A DNA stretch of 5,702 bases from Octopus sinensis. Its lineage: Eukaryota. Below, one piece after another: positions 5,243-5,702 of the stretch. Both the position numbers and the translations under genes were made by a program. Positions within the stretch are counted from its first letter, which is position 1. Each line of letters starts with the position of its first letter. The DNA is taken from contig NW_021829974.1 of assembly GCF_006345805.1 (NCBI RefSeq), positions 1-5,702 of the forward strand, read 5' to 3'. The notes beneath the pieces are model-generated. The model made no database searches. It was not told where the DNA came from and saw only the letters and a list, made by a program, of their open reading frames with translations.

Positions 5243-5454
5243 ACACACACATATATATATATACCCTGAGTTTATGTATATATATATACCCTGCGAAAGG
5301 CCTGGCTAGAGGCTCTTCTTTCCGAGTTCTTTCACAGGGCTGAGAAAAACTGAAGGGCAATAAGTGTGTAAATCTAAGAGGGAGGATATGTTGAATGAAA
5401 TCATAGTTAATTGATCCTCCTGTTTTCTTTTACCCCCAATCAAGAACTTTTCAA

Positions 5455-5500
5455 CCCACACATACACGCACACACACACGCACGCACATACATATATACA
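5455..5500. repeat. (CA)n/(CACG) microsatellite
   Basis: Directly visible. Confidence 0.9.
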
Positions 5501-5557
5501 TGTTTGCTTGTAAGGAATGCGCATTATAGGAATTTCATACAAGCAAACATGGCATTG

Positions 5558-5559
5558 TG

Positions 5560-5603
<44 letters not shown>

Positions 5604-5702
5604 TATATATATATTCATACATATATACATACATACATATGTATATATTCATACATATACACATACATATATTTAAAACACTACACATATATAATAATAT
5701 AA
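5558..5702. repeat. (TA)n/(TACA)n microsatellite running off the window
   Basis: Directly visible. Confidence 0.95.

Overview
Repeat-dense, AT-rich animal DNA with no intact gene. It is most likely cephalopod (Octopus-like), inferred from recalled SINE families and microsatellite density, not from a search. In order: (1) a decayed 3' end of an R4/Dong-type RLE non-LTR retrotransposon (+; CCHC knuckle and PD-type endonuclease, multiple stops and frameshifts); (2) a ~300-bp tRNA-head SINE (-) inside its last codons with a perfect 12-bp TSD; (3) a ~700-bp head-to-tail concatemer of a second SINE (-; one promoter-bearing head, ~183-bp A-box-less repeats) in the LINE's TAA-like tail; (4) a compound trinucleotide microsatellite; (5) a short unique stretch with an AATTA cluster and a possible 47-nt exon; (6) a 601-bp foldback MITE with ~200-bp TIRs, an 8-bp TSD and a (CCCTAA)n core; (7) two fragments of a third repeat family around (TA)n; (8) a solo, TSD-flanked monomer of the concatemer unit (+); (9) a ~190-bp Penelope-like segment (-) carrying a minimal type I hammerhead ribozyme. 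Nearly all ORFs in the supplied track are microsatellite or repeat artefacts.
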